Origin: Thermoproteota archaeon
GTDB taxonomy: Archaea > Thermoproteota > EX4484-205 > JAAOZP01
Assembly (NCBI GenBank): GCA_038867695.1
Contig: JAWBXT010000002.1
Coordinates: 1 to 60,666, forward strand
DNA: 60,666 nucleotides
Reading direction: 5' to 3'
Part shown: positions 26,326 to 36,357 of the stretch, piece after piece
Layout of the letters: each line of letters starts with the position of its first letter
Numbering within the stretch: the first letter of the stretch is position 1
Notes under the pieces: generated by a model
The model's input: only the letters and a program-made list of their open reading frames with translations
What the model was told of the DNA's origin: nothing
The model's database searches: none
Position numbers and translations under genes: made by a program

Positions 26326-26974
26326 TCTCCGACACTATGTAATATTCATCATCTTCTAAAAGAATGTCGAAACCAGGTTCAGACAATACGAAGAGTATCA
26401 ATATGAATGTTCTGGCTGCTTCAAGAGGATTTTTCCCCTCGATCAGGCATCTTACTAGAATCTTGCCTTTACCACGTATCAGTTTTAAAAGGCTCCTTCT
26501 AAACTCTTCAACCTTCTTCTCAATGTCTCTCATGAACTCGTCCTGTTGTGGGACTATTGGTGGCAAAGGCTCTTCTTCAAAAGGCTTTTTGGAATACTCT
26601 TTCTCCATTATCTGAAGAAGTGCTTTAACTAGTTGTTCCAGATCTATAACTGGTTGCGGAGGTCTGAGAGGAGCCTCCAAGGGGCTTATTCTATCAAGTG
26701 CCTCTAAAGGTATGTCTGAAGCCTCCTTGGCTTCCTCGTCACTCCTTTCTTCCTTAGGCTCGATTGATAAGAGGGACTCTGTCTTCCGAAGGTAAACTAT
26801 TGAAGAAGCCAATAGTAAAAGCCCTGAAAGAGTAAATTGCATATACCCTTTTTCACGTAATTCTCTAGATAGCTGTTTCAAGATGATTGATATTTTAATA
26901 TCCCATGGGTTAGCCTTCTTGAGTCTTATCAGGTCGAATATTAATTCAGATGCTTTAGGAGCCTCGTCCAGCAA
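26300..26974 (-). CDS. scpA: Segregation and condensation protein A (kleisin)
   Basis: LIRLKKANPWDIKISIILKQ..., C-terminal WHD (RTFILILFVLSEPGFDILLED). Overlaps the smc stop. Confidence 0.8.
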   Translation of the reverse strand: MLDEAPKASELIFDLIRLKKANPWDIKISIILKQLSRELREKGYMQFTLSGLLLLASSIVYLRKTESLLSIEPKEERSDEEAKEASDIPLEALDRISPLEAPLRPPQPVIDLEQLVKALLQIMEKEYSKKPFEEEPLPPIVPQQDEFMRDIEKKVEEFRRSLLKLIRGKGKILVRCLIEGKNPLEAARTFILILFVLSEPGFDILLEDDEYYIVSENGFEGIGV

Positions 26975-29900
26975 CAGCTATCTCCTCTAAAGCCTTCTCA
27001 CTCGGCATCTCCATAAATCTCGACGAACCTTTCTTAACATATACCCCTATAACCTTGTCAGCCTTACTAACGACAACATCTCTAAGCGATATTACTATCA
27101 TTTGACTGTCTTTAGAAACTTCTTTAAGGAGGTCAGTCATCCTATCGATATTAACGTAATCTAAATGTGCATCCGGTTCGTCGAAAATGTAGAATGCTGC
27201 TGGAAAGAGCTTCTGCATCGCAAAGACTAAGCAGAGTGCCGCAACTGATTTTTCTCCCCCACTTACTCCGCTTATTACTCTAGCCTCCTTACCCGGAAAC
27301 TTGACATAAACGTTTAAGCCTGTTTCAAGAGGATTCTCAGGGTCCTCGGGCTGAAGCCAACCTTCTCCGCCAGTCATTTTATTGAAAAACATTGAGAAAT
27401 AACTATTTATTTTATTTAAGCCATCTAGAAAAGCCTCTCTCTTCCTCCTTTCAATATCATCCATGAACTCTTGGATGCTTCTCCTCTCTTCCTCAAGCTC
27501 GTTAATCCTTTCAAGAGCATTTCTGTAAAAATCGATTTCCTGTTCGTATTGCTTTATGGCGAGCATATTTACTTCCTGAACTTTCTCAAGCTCGCTTTTG
27601 AGAATACTCAGATATCTCTCCACGGGAACTCTCATCTCCTCCGGCACATGGGGCGGCTGACCCATTATCTTATTCCTCAACTCCGTAAGCCTGTTCTCAT
27701 TTACCTCCTTTTCAACCAAGAGCTTTATCTCAGCATCTTTGGCTTTGCTAATCTCTACATTCAACAATTCAGCTTTTTCATCTAGTTTACGTATGGCTTC
27801 AACTAGCTTACTTTGTCTATCTAAATTCTCCTCGTTTTCCTCACCCTTCTTTGTCATTAGTAATTCGATTTTGCTTCTAAGATTGTTTATCAGATCTGTA
27901 GAGCTTTTTATTTCCCTCTTAATACTAAAAATCTTACCAGCTAGCTTTTCCTCGACTGTCTTATACTCCTCTACCTTTCTACGCAGGGTATTAATAATGT
28001 TCTCAATTTCTATTAAACTCCTTTTGATTCGTATTTTTTCACTGCTCAGTTTATCTGATTCTGCCTCAAGCAATCTTATTTTCTTACGAATAGTCCTTAC
28101 TTTTCTCTCTCTTAAAACTATTGAAGACCTCAATCTCAGCGATTCCTTTTCAAGCGAACGTTTTTTGCTAGAATCGCGTTCTCTGAACATTTGATTAAGT
28201 TTCTTGGAGGTCGACAGGTATTCCTCAGCTAGAATTTTCAACTGCTCTTCTAACTTGTTCATGTGTAAATCGATGGCATTCAACTCATTTTCAAGTCTGT
28301 TCCGAAACTCTGAAGCCTCAAGCATTTTCTTATTTAAAGAACGCTTTATATATGCCTCCACTATCTCGATTGTCCTTGATAATTCTCCAGCCTTCTCGGT
28401 AAAACTATTCATGAATTTAAGGAGGTTCCCAAATTCTTTATTGCTATCTTCGGGTATTGAAGCACCCTCATTCGTGAAGACCTGCCCATCTGGAGTCACT
28501 GCTTTGAAACCATTCTTTGCGAAAAGCAGAGCGTCCTCGACACTATTTACTAGAATACTATTCCAGAATATTTTTAAAACGTGTTTTTCAATGCTCTTAG
28601 GATACTTAAGTAAATCCATCATATGCGTACCTCGTCCATTAAGCTTAACGGGCACCTCTTTTCTGGAAACACCCCCCTCAGATGTTAACACTTTGACACC
28701 GACATTTTTTTCTACAAGCAGGTTCATTAATACCAGCATATCAAACGAATTCTCAACCAAAATGGAATCTATCCATTCGCCAGCTAAACTTTCAACAGCC
28801 TTCCTAAAGTTCTCCGGAAACCAGAGGTTTTTCCTTAGAGTCCCATAGACTCTTAAACCTTTTTCTTCTAACCTTCTCTCTACAAGCTCTAATACCGTCT
28901 CCTTATCCTTTCTACTCTTGTAACTTAAAACACCAGATGTTTTTGCAAAGAAAATCCTGAAAGTATCTAGACTTTCAGTGAGAACCTCAAGTGTATTAAT
29001 AATATTGCTAAGCGTCTTTCTCCTCTCTGCCAGAACCTCTTCAAGGTCAGTTAATCTTTCTACAACTCTTCTCCTTCTAGCATCTCTTTTACTTCTTGCC
29101 TTGTTTAAAGCAATTATCCTTCTCTTAATACTTTTATAATGATTTAAAATATCTTTTAACACTTTCTCAGAATCCTTTTCCTCCATAATGGTCTTTTCTA
29201 ATTCTTTTTCAACTATAGTTAGCCTATTTCTAAGCTGAGAAATCCTTTCCATTTCCTGTTTCTCGATTTCCTGCAGCCTTCTCTTCTCATTCGAGATCCT
29301 AGAAAGTAGGTTATCAATTAAAGAGTTCTTGCTTAAAATTACGTTTAGAACTCCCAATAATCGTTTCGTCTTTCTTCTTGCTCTGTACTTTCTATTTTTC
29401 ACTCTTTGAAACTCTTTCTTAAGTGCATCTAGTTCCTCTTTCCTCTCATCCACTTTCCTCAAACATTCGCCGAGCTGTCTTTCATAATCTCTGATTTCAT
29501 ACTCGATTCTAATTCTTTCTGAATCGCCGATTGAGGATGCAGCTTTAAGTAGTTCTTCAGTTCTCTCCATTAGTTTTTTCTTATCCGATTGTACTTCAAC
29601 AAGCTCAGTTTCAAGCCTTTTTCTCAAGGCATGGTTCTCTCCAATCAGTTTAGAAATATCATTAAGTTTACCTACAAGCCTCCAGTATTCAAGCGAGTCT
29701 ATGATAAGTTGTATTTTTTCAACCTCTTTTTCAAGCATCTTCCTTCTCAAAAGGAGGTTTCTCTCCCTTTCTAATTGAAACATCCTTCTATCTATCTCTT
29801 GGAGCCTAGCTTGTGCAACTCTGAGATTATTGTCTGCTTGTTGCAGATTGTTAAGAGCTTCTGCTTTTTTCTCATCGTATTGAGCTAGGCCGAGTGCCTG

Positions 29901-30860
29901 TTCAATCTCCTTTCGTCTCTCAACTGGATTCTTGTCGGCAAGCCTTGATATTTCTCCCTGAAGAATGATATTATATCCTCTAGCCGAGAGACCTGCTGTA
30001 GATATTATGTCTTCAATAACGTTTCTAGGAGTCCTCCTGCCATTGAGGTAATAGGTGCTCTCCCCATCGCGCCCCATCCTTCTAGTTATTGTAATGATTT
30101 TATCCTGACCAGGGATAACAGAATCGCTATTGTCTATGGTTACCCTAACATATGCCTCCGCATCCCTTCCAGCATTATCGTTAACTAGGGATGAAAGCCT
30201 ATCAGTCCTAAGTAGCCTAGGGTTGTTCTCTCCTAACGCGAAGCGTATTGCATCCACCAAATTACTGTTGTGAACTATTACTCCATTTCCAATGATATAT
30301 GATCCAATACCCTTTACATAAAGGTCGTAAACAAATCCTACCCATCGCTTCTCCACGATCCTATCCAAGACATCGGCAATTATTCTCCCGTTTTCAAAAA
30401 CCAGTATTCTGCTACCCAGCGGTAGACTCGATGCTTTAACCCATCTTAACTCATTTCCAGAAGCCACTGCTATCTTATGTTCTGGAGTAACTTCGATAAC
30501 TCTTCCTGATAGGGTTGTAAGCTTCAAAAGCTGCCCCTCGTAAGTCTTCCTAAATAGAGCGCTAATACTGGTTTCCAAACACTTATTTAAGCATCTATAA
30601 TAACTTAGAAGCATCTCTTTATCATAGGGGACTACATACTCCAATCCCCGTTCGCGAATCCTTAAGCCGTTAGAGCAAACATCTCGGAAAATAGCTTCTA
30701 TACTTCTCTCTCCCCAAGGCTGGGCCACGGGCATCCAGGGTGCAATACACTTGCCTGAGCCATTTCTACCGGTCAGGACCGTCAACCCCTTGCTCAGGCT
30801 TATTACTTGCCGGTCCAGTATAGATTTGAAATTTCTTATCTCAATCTTGGTAAGGTGCAA
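26955..30860 (-). CDS. smc: Chromosome partition protein SMC, carrying a mini-intein in the Walker A loop
   Basis: Head IEIRNFKS...GRNGSGK|intein|SNLVDAIRFALG, long coiled coils and a hinge. C-terminal signature SGGEKS and Walker B FYIFDEPDAHLD. 1301 aa including 161 aa of intein. Confidence 0.9.
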   Translation of the reverse strand: MHLTKIEIRNFKSILDRQVISLSKGLTVLTGRNGSGKCIAPWMPVAQPWGERSIEAIFRDVCSNGLRIRERGLEYVVPYDKEMLLSYYRCLNKCLETSISALFRKTYEGQLLKLTTLSGRVIEVTPEHKIAVASGNELRWVKASSLPLGSRILVFENGRIIADVLDRIVEKRWVGFVYDLYVKGIGSYIIGNGVIVHNSNLVDAIRFALGENNPRLLRTDRLSSLVNDNAGRDAEAYVRVTIDNSDSVIPGQDKIITITRRMGRDGESTYYLNGRRTPRNVIEDIISTAGLSARGYNIILQGEISRLADKNPVERRKEIEQALGLAQYDEKKAEALNNLQQADNNLRVAQARLQEIDRRMFQLERERNLLLRRKMLEKEVEKIQLIIDSLEYWRLVGKLNDISKLIGENHALRKRLETELVEVQSDKKKLMERTEELLKAASSIGDSERIRIEYEIRDYERQLGECLRKVDERKEELDALKKEFQRVKNRKYRARRKTKRLLGVLNVILSKNSLIDNLLSRISNEKRRLQEIEKQEMERISQLRNRLTIVEKELEKTIMEEKDSEKVLKDILNHYKSIKRRIIALNKARSKRDARRRRVVERLTDLEEVLAERRKTLSNIINTLEVLTESLDTFRIFFAKTSGVLSYKSRKDKETVLELVERRLEEKGLRVYGTLRKNLWFPENFRKAVESLAGEWIDSILVENSFDMLVLMNLLVEKNVGVKVLTSEGGVSRKEVPVKLNGRGTHMMDLLKYPKSIEKHVLKIFWNSILVNSVEDALLFAKNGFKAVTPDGQVFTNEGASIPEDSNKEFGNLLKFMNSFTEKAGELSRTIEIVEAYIKRSLNKKMLEASEFRNRLENELNAIDLHMNKLEEQLKILAEEYLSTSKKLNQMFRERDSSKKRSLEKESLRLRSSIVLRERKVRTIRKKIRLLEAESDKLSSEKIRIKRSLIEIENIINTLRRKVEEYKTVEEKLAGKIFSIKREIKSSTDLINNLRSKIELLMTKKGEENEENLDRQSKLVEAIRKLDEKAELLNVEISKAKDAEIKLLVEKEVNENRLTELRNKIMGQPPHVPEEMRVPVERYLSILKSELEKVQEVNMLAIKQYEQEIDFYRNALERINELEEERRSIQEFMDDIERRKREAFLDGLNKINSYFSMFFNKMTGGEGWLQPEDPENPLETGLNVYVKFPGKEARVISGVSGGEKSVAALCLVFAMQKLFPAAFYIFDEPDAHLDYVNIDRMTDLLKEVSKDSQMIVISLRDVVVSKADKVIGVYVKKGSSRFMEMPSEKALEEIAVAGRGS
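30267..30749 (-). mobile_element. Mini-intein (161 aa, no homing-endonuclease domain) in the SMC P-loop
   Basis: Begins with Cys (CIAPW), has block B TPEH and ends in VIVHN followed by the +1 Ser. Removing it restores GSGKSNLVDAIRFALG. Boundary codons were checked at nucleotide level. Confidence 0.85.
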
Positions 30861-31036
30861 CTTAAACCATCTCCGTCTTCATCTCTAGGCCCTGAGAACC
30901 TGGAATTTCCAACACGCTTTTCAAACACTTGTTTTTTGGGTGTCCAGATGCCCTAGGGCCCTCCCTTGGTTTCATAAGCCTTATGGAATCCTGCGGGAAT
31001 AAGTTTTTAAGGGTTATTTCAAGACTCTAAGCCGGA

Positions 31037-31426
31037 TTGTCCGTATACCATGGGGACTTATTCAAAAGGAAGAGCACTGGTGGTAAGAAGAATCCGTATA
31101 GGGGTAAGCGTAAGTATGAGATGGGCAGACCTTCCACACTCACAAGAATTGGCGATGGGAATAAGACTAAGAAAATTAGGGTTAAGGGTGGAGGCTTGAA
31201 GATCAGGGTTCTTCAAGCTGCTTACGCTAATGTTGCTGTTGAAAAGGGTAAAGTTGTGAAAGCTAAGATTCTAGATGTTATAGAAAATCCTGCGAATAGA
31301 GAATTTGGCAGGATGAAAGTAATAACCAAGGGTGCCGTGATAAAGACTGAAATAGGTGATGCAGTAGTAACTTCGAAGCCGGGGTCAACCGGGGTCGTTA
31401 ACGCTAGGCTGGTATCCGCAGGATGA
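31037..31426 (+). CDS. rps8e: 30S ribosomal protein S8e
   Basis: KRKSTGGKKNPYRGKRKYEMGRP N-terminus, 129 aa. Confidence 0.9.
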   Translation: MSVYHGDLFKRKSTGGKKNPYRGKRKYEMGRPSTLTRIGDGNKTKKIRVKGGGLKIRVLQAAYANVAVEKGKVVKAKILDVIENPANREFGRMKVITKGAVIKTEIGDAVVTSKPGSTGVVNARLVSAG

Positions 31427-31719
31427 AGAGGCTTTCAAAAGATCGATATGTAATACTCTATCCTCAATACTTCGATTCTAAGCTTTCGCATAAAATGGGT
31501 AGGCGTGTTCCAAAAAGCCTTGCAGTAAGCTCTCCAAGCTTAGCTAAGATTAAGGAAGTATGCGAGAAACTCGGCTTTAAAACTATAGTAGAGGTGGAAA
31601 AGGCTTATTGCAGGATTAGTAACGTTAAGTCCGGTAGGTTAATCGTATTCTGCAACGACTTGAAAAAAAGAAATATTATTCAGGAAGTGGGTAGAGTACT
31701 TAAAGGTGCTGTCGGTTGA
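31423..31719 (+). CDS. srp19: Signal recognition particle protein SRP19
   Basis: YVILYPQYFDSKLSHKMGRRVPK signature, 98 aa. Confidence 0.85.
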   Translation: MKRLSKDRYVILYPQYFDSKLSHKMGRRVPKSLAVSSPSLAKIKEVCEKLGFKTIVEVEKAYCRISNVKSGRLIVFCNDLKKRNIIQEVGRVLKGAVG

Positions 31720-31949
31720 AGCGTAAAGGTATTATTGAAAACATTCTTAATGAGAGGATTGCCGTAGTAAAGCTTGAAGGCCTAGTTAGCCTTGGCTCCA
31801 CTGTTCTAAATGGTTCGAGAAAACCTGTGGGAAACGTTACCGACTTGATAGGCCCAGTTAAGGAGCCCTATGCGGTTATAGTCTTAAGGAGGGGGATTAA
31901 GGGTCTTAAGAAGGGCGATATCGTGTTTTTTAAGCTTGGAAAAAGGTGA
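31716..31949 (+). CDS. gar1: H/ACA RNP protein Gar1
   Basis: 77-aa beta-barrel protein with GNVTDLIGPVKEPYAVI. Confidence 0.8.
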   Translation: MKRKGIIENILNERIAVVKLEGLVSLGSTVLNGSRKPVGNVTDLIGPVKEPYAVIVLRRGIKGLKKGDIVFFKLGKR

Positions 31950-32016
31950 GAAGTAGGAAAACACTAGAAACCTTTATAGCTTTTCAACGTATTCATCAAT
32001 ATGGTGAAAGTATCCG

Positions 32017-32430
32017 GTGATAAGAAAGGCTTCAAGGAGATACAGGCTAGAGGGTAAGGTGCTCAACATAATAATGCGTTCTAAAGATGGTATTGTTCAG
32101 ACAGACTTGTATAAGATGCTTAACATTTCCAGTAGAGAAGGCTCCAGGATATGCTTGAAGCTTGAGTCATGGGGTCTGATAAGGAGAGAGAAGGTTCTCC
32201 ATAAGGAAAGGTGGACTTACAAGCTTTACTCGACTCGGAAAATCCCTAAGATAGATTCTTTAAAAGGTTCGCCTTGCTTTTCCTGCCAGTACTTTAATAG
32301 GGGTTGCGCATCGGATTCTGTTGTAAGCCCAGAGCGGTGCGAGCTTCTAGATAAGTGGGTACTTACGATAGAGCCTGGAGGCGCTGAGGTTGAAATCAAA
32401 GAGGCGTTGGTTACACGAGAGGAGGAATGA
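32017..32430 (+). CDS. Winged-helix DNA-binding protein with Cys-containing C-terminal segment
   Basis: wHTH-like LNIIMRSKDGIVQTDLYKMLNISSREGSRICLKLESWGLI; CFSC...C...C downstream. Confidence 0.45.
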   Translation: MIRKASRRYRLEGKVLNIIMRSKDGIVQTDLYKMLNISSREGSRICLKLESWGLIRREKVLHKERWTYKLYSTRKIPKIDSLKGSPCFSCQYFNRGCASDSVVSPERCELLDKWVLTIEPGGAEVEIKEALVTREEE

Positions 32431-33007
32431 CCCTTACTTCTTACTTTCAAAGAAAGAGGGTTATCGGAGTAGAGCGTCTTTTAAACTAAAACAGATAATA
32501 GACGAGTATAGAATTATAAAACTTGGCGATAATGTACTCGATATAGGTTGCGCCCCAGGTGGATGGCTTCAAGTTGCCTCTCAATACGTTGGAGATTCCG
32601 GTATTGTTGTCGGTGTAGACATTAAGCCTGTTGAAGACCTCAGCTTAGAGAATGTTAAAACATGTGTTCTGGATGTTTTCGACGAAAACTTTACGAATAC
32701 TGTCCTGAAACTATCTGGAGGCAAGTTCGATGTTGTCCTTTCAGATCTTTCTCCAAATATGTCCGGCATTTATGAGATCGATCATGGAAGACAAATAGAG
32801 ATGGTTAAAAGAGTCATCGGCCTCTTAAAAGACATCTTGAAAAAAGATGGTTGCTTAGTAATAAAAATTTTTGAGGGTAAATATTCTCATAGAGTAGACA
32901 AAAAGATACGTGAAATATTCAAATCCGTAAAGAGGTTTAAGCCAATGGCATCTAGGAAAAGTAGTTCCGAGTACTATCTGATTGCCAAATCCTTTAGAGG
33001 TTTCTAA
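32390..33007 (+). CDS. rlmE: 23S rRNA 2'-O-ribose methyltransferase RlmE/FtsJ
   Basis: YRSRASFKL, LDIGCAPGGW, VLSDLSPNMSG, IKIFEG. Confidence 0.85.
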   Translation: MKSKRRWLHERRNDPYFLLSKKEGYRSRASFKLKQIIDEYRIIKLGDNVLDIGCAPGGWLQVASQYVGDSGIVVGVDIKPVEDLSLENVKTCVLDVFDENFTNTVLKLSGGKFDVVLSDLSPNMSGIYEIDHGRQIEMVKRVIGLLKDILKKDGCLVIKIFEGKYSHRVDKKIREIFKSVKRFKPMASRKSSSEYYLIAKSFRGF

Positions 33008-34175
33008 CGATATTAACTAAATCATCCAAGCTTGCATCAGTCCTTATACAGTTTACGTCTAAACCACTTCTACAGGCTCGGAATCCTTTTTCCAAGAGCT
33101 TCTCGATTACGACTTTACTACTAGGTGGCGATATGTGTAGGCTAGATGCTAACCCAATTAAGTCAAAACAGCCCACAGGTTTCTGATCGTCTAAAAGAAG
33201 ATTGTTGAAAATTCTGAATATTTTCATCTCCAACAAGCTTTTATCAACAAGGTCTGAGATAAGCTTTTCAATCCAGCTCTTGGAAAATACTTCACCGGTA
33301 TACAAGGGGCCGAGTAGAATGCAGGAATTCTCTGCTTTATGCTCTGAAGTATCAACTACACCCATCGGTTCATAAAATTCTCCGATCTTCCTAACCCTGA
33401 GGAACTTTATTTTAGAAATTGTTTGGAAAGCGTGCTTCCTACCTTTTAAAATTCTTGCAACGACCTTCACATAGTGTCTGCTCGCAATAGAGACTATTGG
33501 CTCGATTCCTCTTTCATTTCTTGCAGCAGCTTCTGCAAGACTTTTTAATAAAACTCTAATGCCAAGCTCCCTCATAAAACCCGTTTTCAAAAGGTTTACT
33601 CCATAAAGTATTTTAGCAGCTCGCTTCTGTACCCCAAATAGATTTGCCGTGTCCGTGGCAGTAATACTGATTAGGCCTCCATGTTTAACTGCTCGAACAC
33701 CAGTGTCCAAAAACCTAACAGGTGTTCCAAATGGATCTATATCAAGCATATCTAACTTAGCTCCCCCAGAGGAGTGTTCAATATGGAATAGGTTAGCATC
33801 GACCTTAGAGGGATGGGCTTTCCCAACCAATCTGTTTTTCTCAATATTTACAACTATGTTTGCAAATGCTCTTTCACTATTATCGTTAACATAGGCTTCA
33901 TCCCATTCTGATTCGACAAGTATCCTTATCGATCTAACACCTACCCCCGCCATCGAGTCGCCGAAAATAAGCCTATGATTCGTTTCCCTCCTCACTACAC
34001 TTGCGACGGCAATGGTTAAATCCCTGTTTTCTTTCATCAACGGATTATAGAATACCGGAGCTTTTGAAGGCACATACTCGTTTAAAGAGACCCTGTAATA
34101 ATCAGGCTTCGGTACGATTATCTCCGCCTTCCCCTCCCTGACTGTAACTGTTTCAAAATCTAAATCTTCTTTCAA
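32994..34175 (-). CDS. trm1: tRNA (guanine26-N2)-dimethyltransferase Trm1
   Basis: FYNPLMKENRDLT, DIDPFGTP, about 390 aa. Confidence 0.85.
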   Translation of the reverse strand: MKEDLDFETVTVREGKAEIIVPKPDYYRVSLNEYVPSKAPVFYNPLMKENRDLTIAVASVVRRETNHRLIFGDSMAGVGVRSIRILVESEWDEAYVNDNSERAFANIVVNIEKNRLVGKAHPSKVDANLFHIEHSSGGAKLDMLDIDPFGTPVRFLDTGVRAVKHGGLISITATDTANLFGVQKRAAKILYGVNLLKTGFMRELGIRVLLKSLAEAAARNERGIEPIVSIASRHYVKVVARILKGRKHAFQTISKIKFLRVRKIGEFYEPMGVVDTSEHKAENSCILLGPLYTGEVFSKSWIEKLISDLVDKSLLEMKIFRIFNNLLLDDQKPVGCFDLIGLASSLHISPPSSKVVIEKLLEKGFRACRSGLDVNCIRTDASLDDLVNIVRNL

Positions 34176-34253
34176 ATTTCACTATTCATAGAAGTTTATG
34201 GTGATTTAAAAACTGTTAGGAAACTTTTTAACCCAGTTAATAAACAAAAGCCC

Positions 34254-35591
34254 ATGTTGTACGACGTACTGGTAGTGGGATCTGGCGTGGCTGGTGCGAC
34301 ATTAGCTAGAGAAGGAGCGAGGAAGGGGCTTAAAGTACTACTCATCGACAGATTGCCAGAAAATAAAGTGGGAGACAAGGTTTGTGGGGATGCTTTAGGT
34401 TCTCACCATGTAGAGAAGCTTGGCTTAAGCCTGCCTAAGGAATCATATTTTGCGATTTATCCTGGGATAGAGATATATTCTCCAGATATGAAGAGCCGTC
34501 TTAGCATAGTTGCCGAAGGACTGAGTGCCTATGCCTTAGACAGAATTAAATTCGGCCAGTTTCTTCTTAGGCTCGCCCTAGATTCCGGATGCGAATTTAT
34601 ACCAGAGACTCAGGCTACGGAATTAATTATACAAGATGGGTCTGTAAAGGGGGCAAGACTGTTTAGCCTTAGGGACGGGTCTAAAAAAGAGGTCTACGCG
34701 AAGGTGACTGTAGACGCTACGGGTGCCTCCAGAATTCTTTCAAGAAGCCTTAAAGGATTTGGTTTTGATCAGAGGCTTGACGACGATGAGACGCTAGTCT
34801 GCTACAGGGAGATACTAGAAACGGAAGAAACTCCACCGTTGCCGACAATATACTTGGATACGGAGAATGCTCCAGGAGGTTACTTCTGGGTTTTTCCAGA
34901 GGGGGAGAATAGAGTCAACGCTGGTCTGGGCGTTGTTAGAAACGCCGCTAATCCAAAGCTATTGTTCGATAAATGGGTCGAGAAACTCCCTTGCCTAAAG
35001 GGAAGGATTAAGAGAGTTATCCATGAAGGAGGTGGAATAGTTCCAGCGAGGAGACCGATAGACTCAGCGGTATGGAACGGCTTCATGGCTATTGGAGACG
35101 CAGCGTTTATGGTTAACCCTGTTCACGGCGGTGGGATAGGCTCCTCAATGACTGGAGGATTCATTGCCGCTAAAGTGATTGCAGAAGCCCTAGAGAATGG
35201 TGTTGTAGACGAGGCTTCACTATGGGGCTTTAACATGCGGTACATGAATAATTATGGTGCTAAGCAAGCAGCCTTAGACGTGTTCCGAATATTTCTACAA
35301 GGTTTAAATAATGAACTTATCAACTACGGTATGGCTCAAGGGCTCATAAAGGATGAAGACCTTTTAAAAACAAGCATGGGTGATAAGCTCAGGCTAAATA
35401 TTACTGAAAAAGCGTCAAGGTTTTTCGCAGGGATTGGTAAACCGTGGTTTCTACTGAAGCTTAACAAGACCGCTCAGTTAATGGAGGATTTTAGGCAATT
35501 TTACATCAACTACCCTTCTTTCGAAGGCTTTGAGGAGTGGAGGAGTAGGGTTAAAGCTTTTCACGAAAGGATACATAAAGAAATTGGTTAA
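34254..35591 (+). CDS. Geranylgeranyl reductase family flavoprotein
   Basis: FAD motif YDVLVVGSGVAGATLA, KVCGDAL, GDAAFMVNPVHGGGI. Confidence 0.85.
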   Translation: MLYDVLVVGSGVAGATLAREGARKGLKVLLIDRLPENKVGDKVCGDALGSHHVEKLGLSLPKESYFAIYPGIEIYSPDMKSRLSIVAEGLSAYALDRIKFGQFLLRLALDSGCEFIPETQATELIIQDGSVKGARLFSLRDGSKKEVYAKVTVDATGASRILSRSLKGFGFDQRLDDDETLVCYREILETEETPPLPTIYLDTENAPGGYFWVFPEGENRVNAGLGVVRNAANPKLLFDKWVEKLPCLKGRIKRVIHEGGGIVPARRPIDSAVWNGFMAIGDAAFMVNPVHGGGIGSSMTGGFIAAKVIAEALENGVVDEASLWGFNMRYMNNYGAKQAALDVFRIFLQGLNNELINYGMAQGLIKDEDLLKTSMGDKLRLNITEKASRFFAGIGKPWFLLKLNKTAQLMEDFRQFYINYPSFEGFEEWRSRVKAFHERIHKEIG

Positions 35592-35676
35592 GTATAACCA
35601 AAGTTTTTTAATAACGATAAAAATGAGAAATGCTTATTTAGCCTTATTAAAAAGAACTCGATAGACCGGCGAGGGT

Positions 35677-36357
35677 TTGAGCATTATAAAACCGAGCAAA
35701 TCTGAAGTCGTGCTGACAAGGTTAAACAAGTATTCCTGCGTTTATATTATTACACAGACCCAAAGGCTTCTTACAAATCCATGTGAAATAGACGTAAATA
35801 GTGTAGAATTACTGGATTACATTCTCATAACCGACGAGCAGCCGGAAAGCTTCGACGAGAACCTTATAATGGAGCTCCACTGCCTTAAGAAAGTGGGGAA
35901 AATAATTGCAGATGAGACCAGCTACAGAATACTTAGATCGCAGATACCCAAAGAAATGTTGATTCTGGCAACGCCCAATAAGCTTCTGGTAAGCGAGGGA
36001 TTGGTAATAAAATCCTATCCCAGTGAAAACCGTGAGGCATCAACGCCAGTCACTTACATGATAACTCTTGAAAACGGCTGCAAACTATTCCAAACGGGTC
36101 AATCGCAAATATCCAAGATGCTTAGTAAAGTGACTAGGGAAGAGAAGCCAGACATAACCTTCCTACCAGTAGGGTTTAACCCTAAGCTTAACATTACCTC
36201 ATTTATAGAATCATTAAGTAATGCCGAATCTAAGCTCATAATCCCCTACTACGGGGAAAGCATGAAGGATATACAGCGAGTAGTTAAGAAGAAAGGCTTA
36301 AAGACAGAGCTTGCGATACTTGAAGTAGGGAAACCATTTGTCTACAAGCTTAGTTAA
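35677..36357 (+). CDS. Metallo-beta-lactamase-fold-like protein lacking the HxHxDH motif
   Basis: Layout resembles UPF0173/MBL hydrolases, but the motif position reads ILITDEQPESFD. Confidence 0.4.
   Translation: MSIIKPSKSEVVLTRLNKYSCVYIITQTQRLLTNPCEIDVNSVELLDYILITDEQPESFDENLIMELHCLKKVGKIIADETSYRILRSQIPKEMLILATPNKLLVSEGLVIKSYPSENREASTPVTYMITLENGCKLFQTGQSQISKMLSKVTREEKPDITFLPVGFNPKLNITSFIESLSNAESKLIIPYYGESMKDIQRVVKKKGLKTELAILEVGKPFVYKLS

Noticed and set aside
27471-29774. Chain of plus-strand ORFs inside smc (27471-27785, 27739-28194, 28204-28848, 29589-29774)
   Set aside because: They are antisense shadows of the Glu/Lys/Leu-rich SMC coiled coil and give Phe/Ser/Leu-rich low-complexity peptides. 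The SMC frame is continuous across all of them.
30861-31036. Possible sRNA or terminator in the smc / rps8e intergenic region (T6 run near 30935-30945, palindrome GCCCTAGGGC near 30949-30958)
   Set aside because: I could not define a promoter, box motifs or a convincing extended fold. It is most simply a divergent promoter region.
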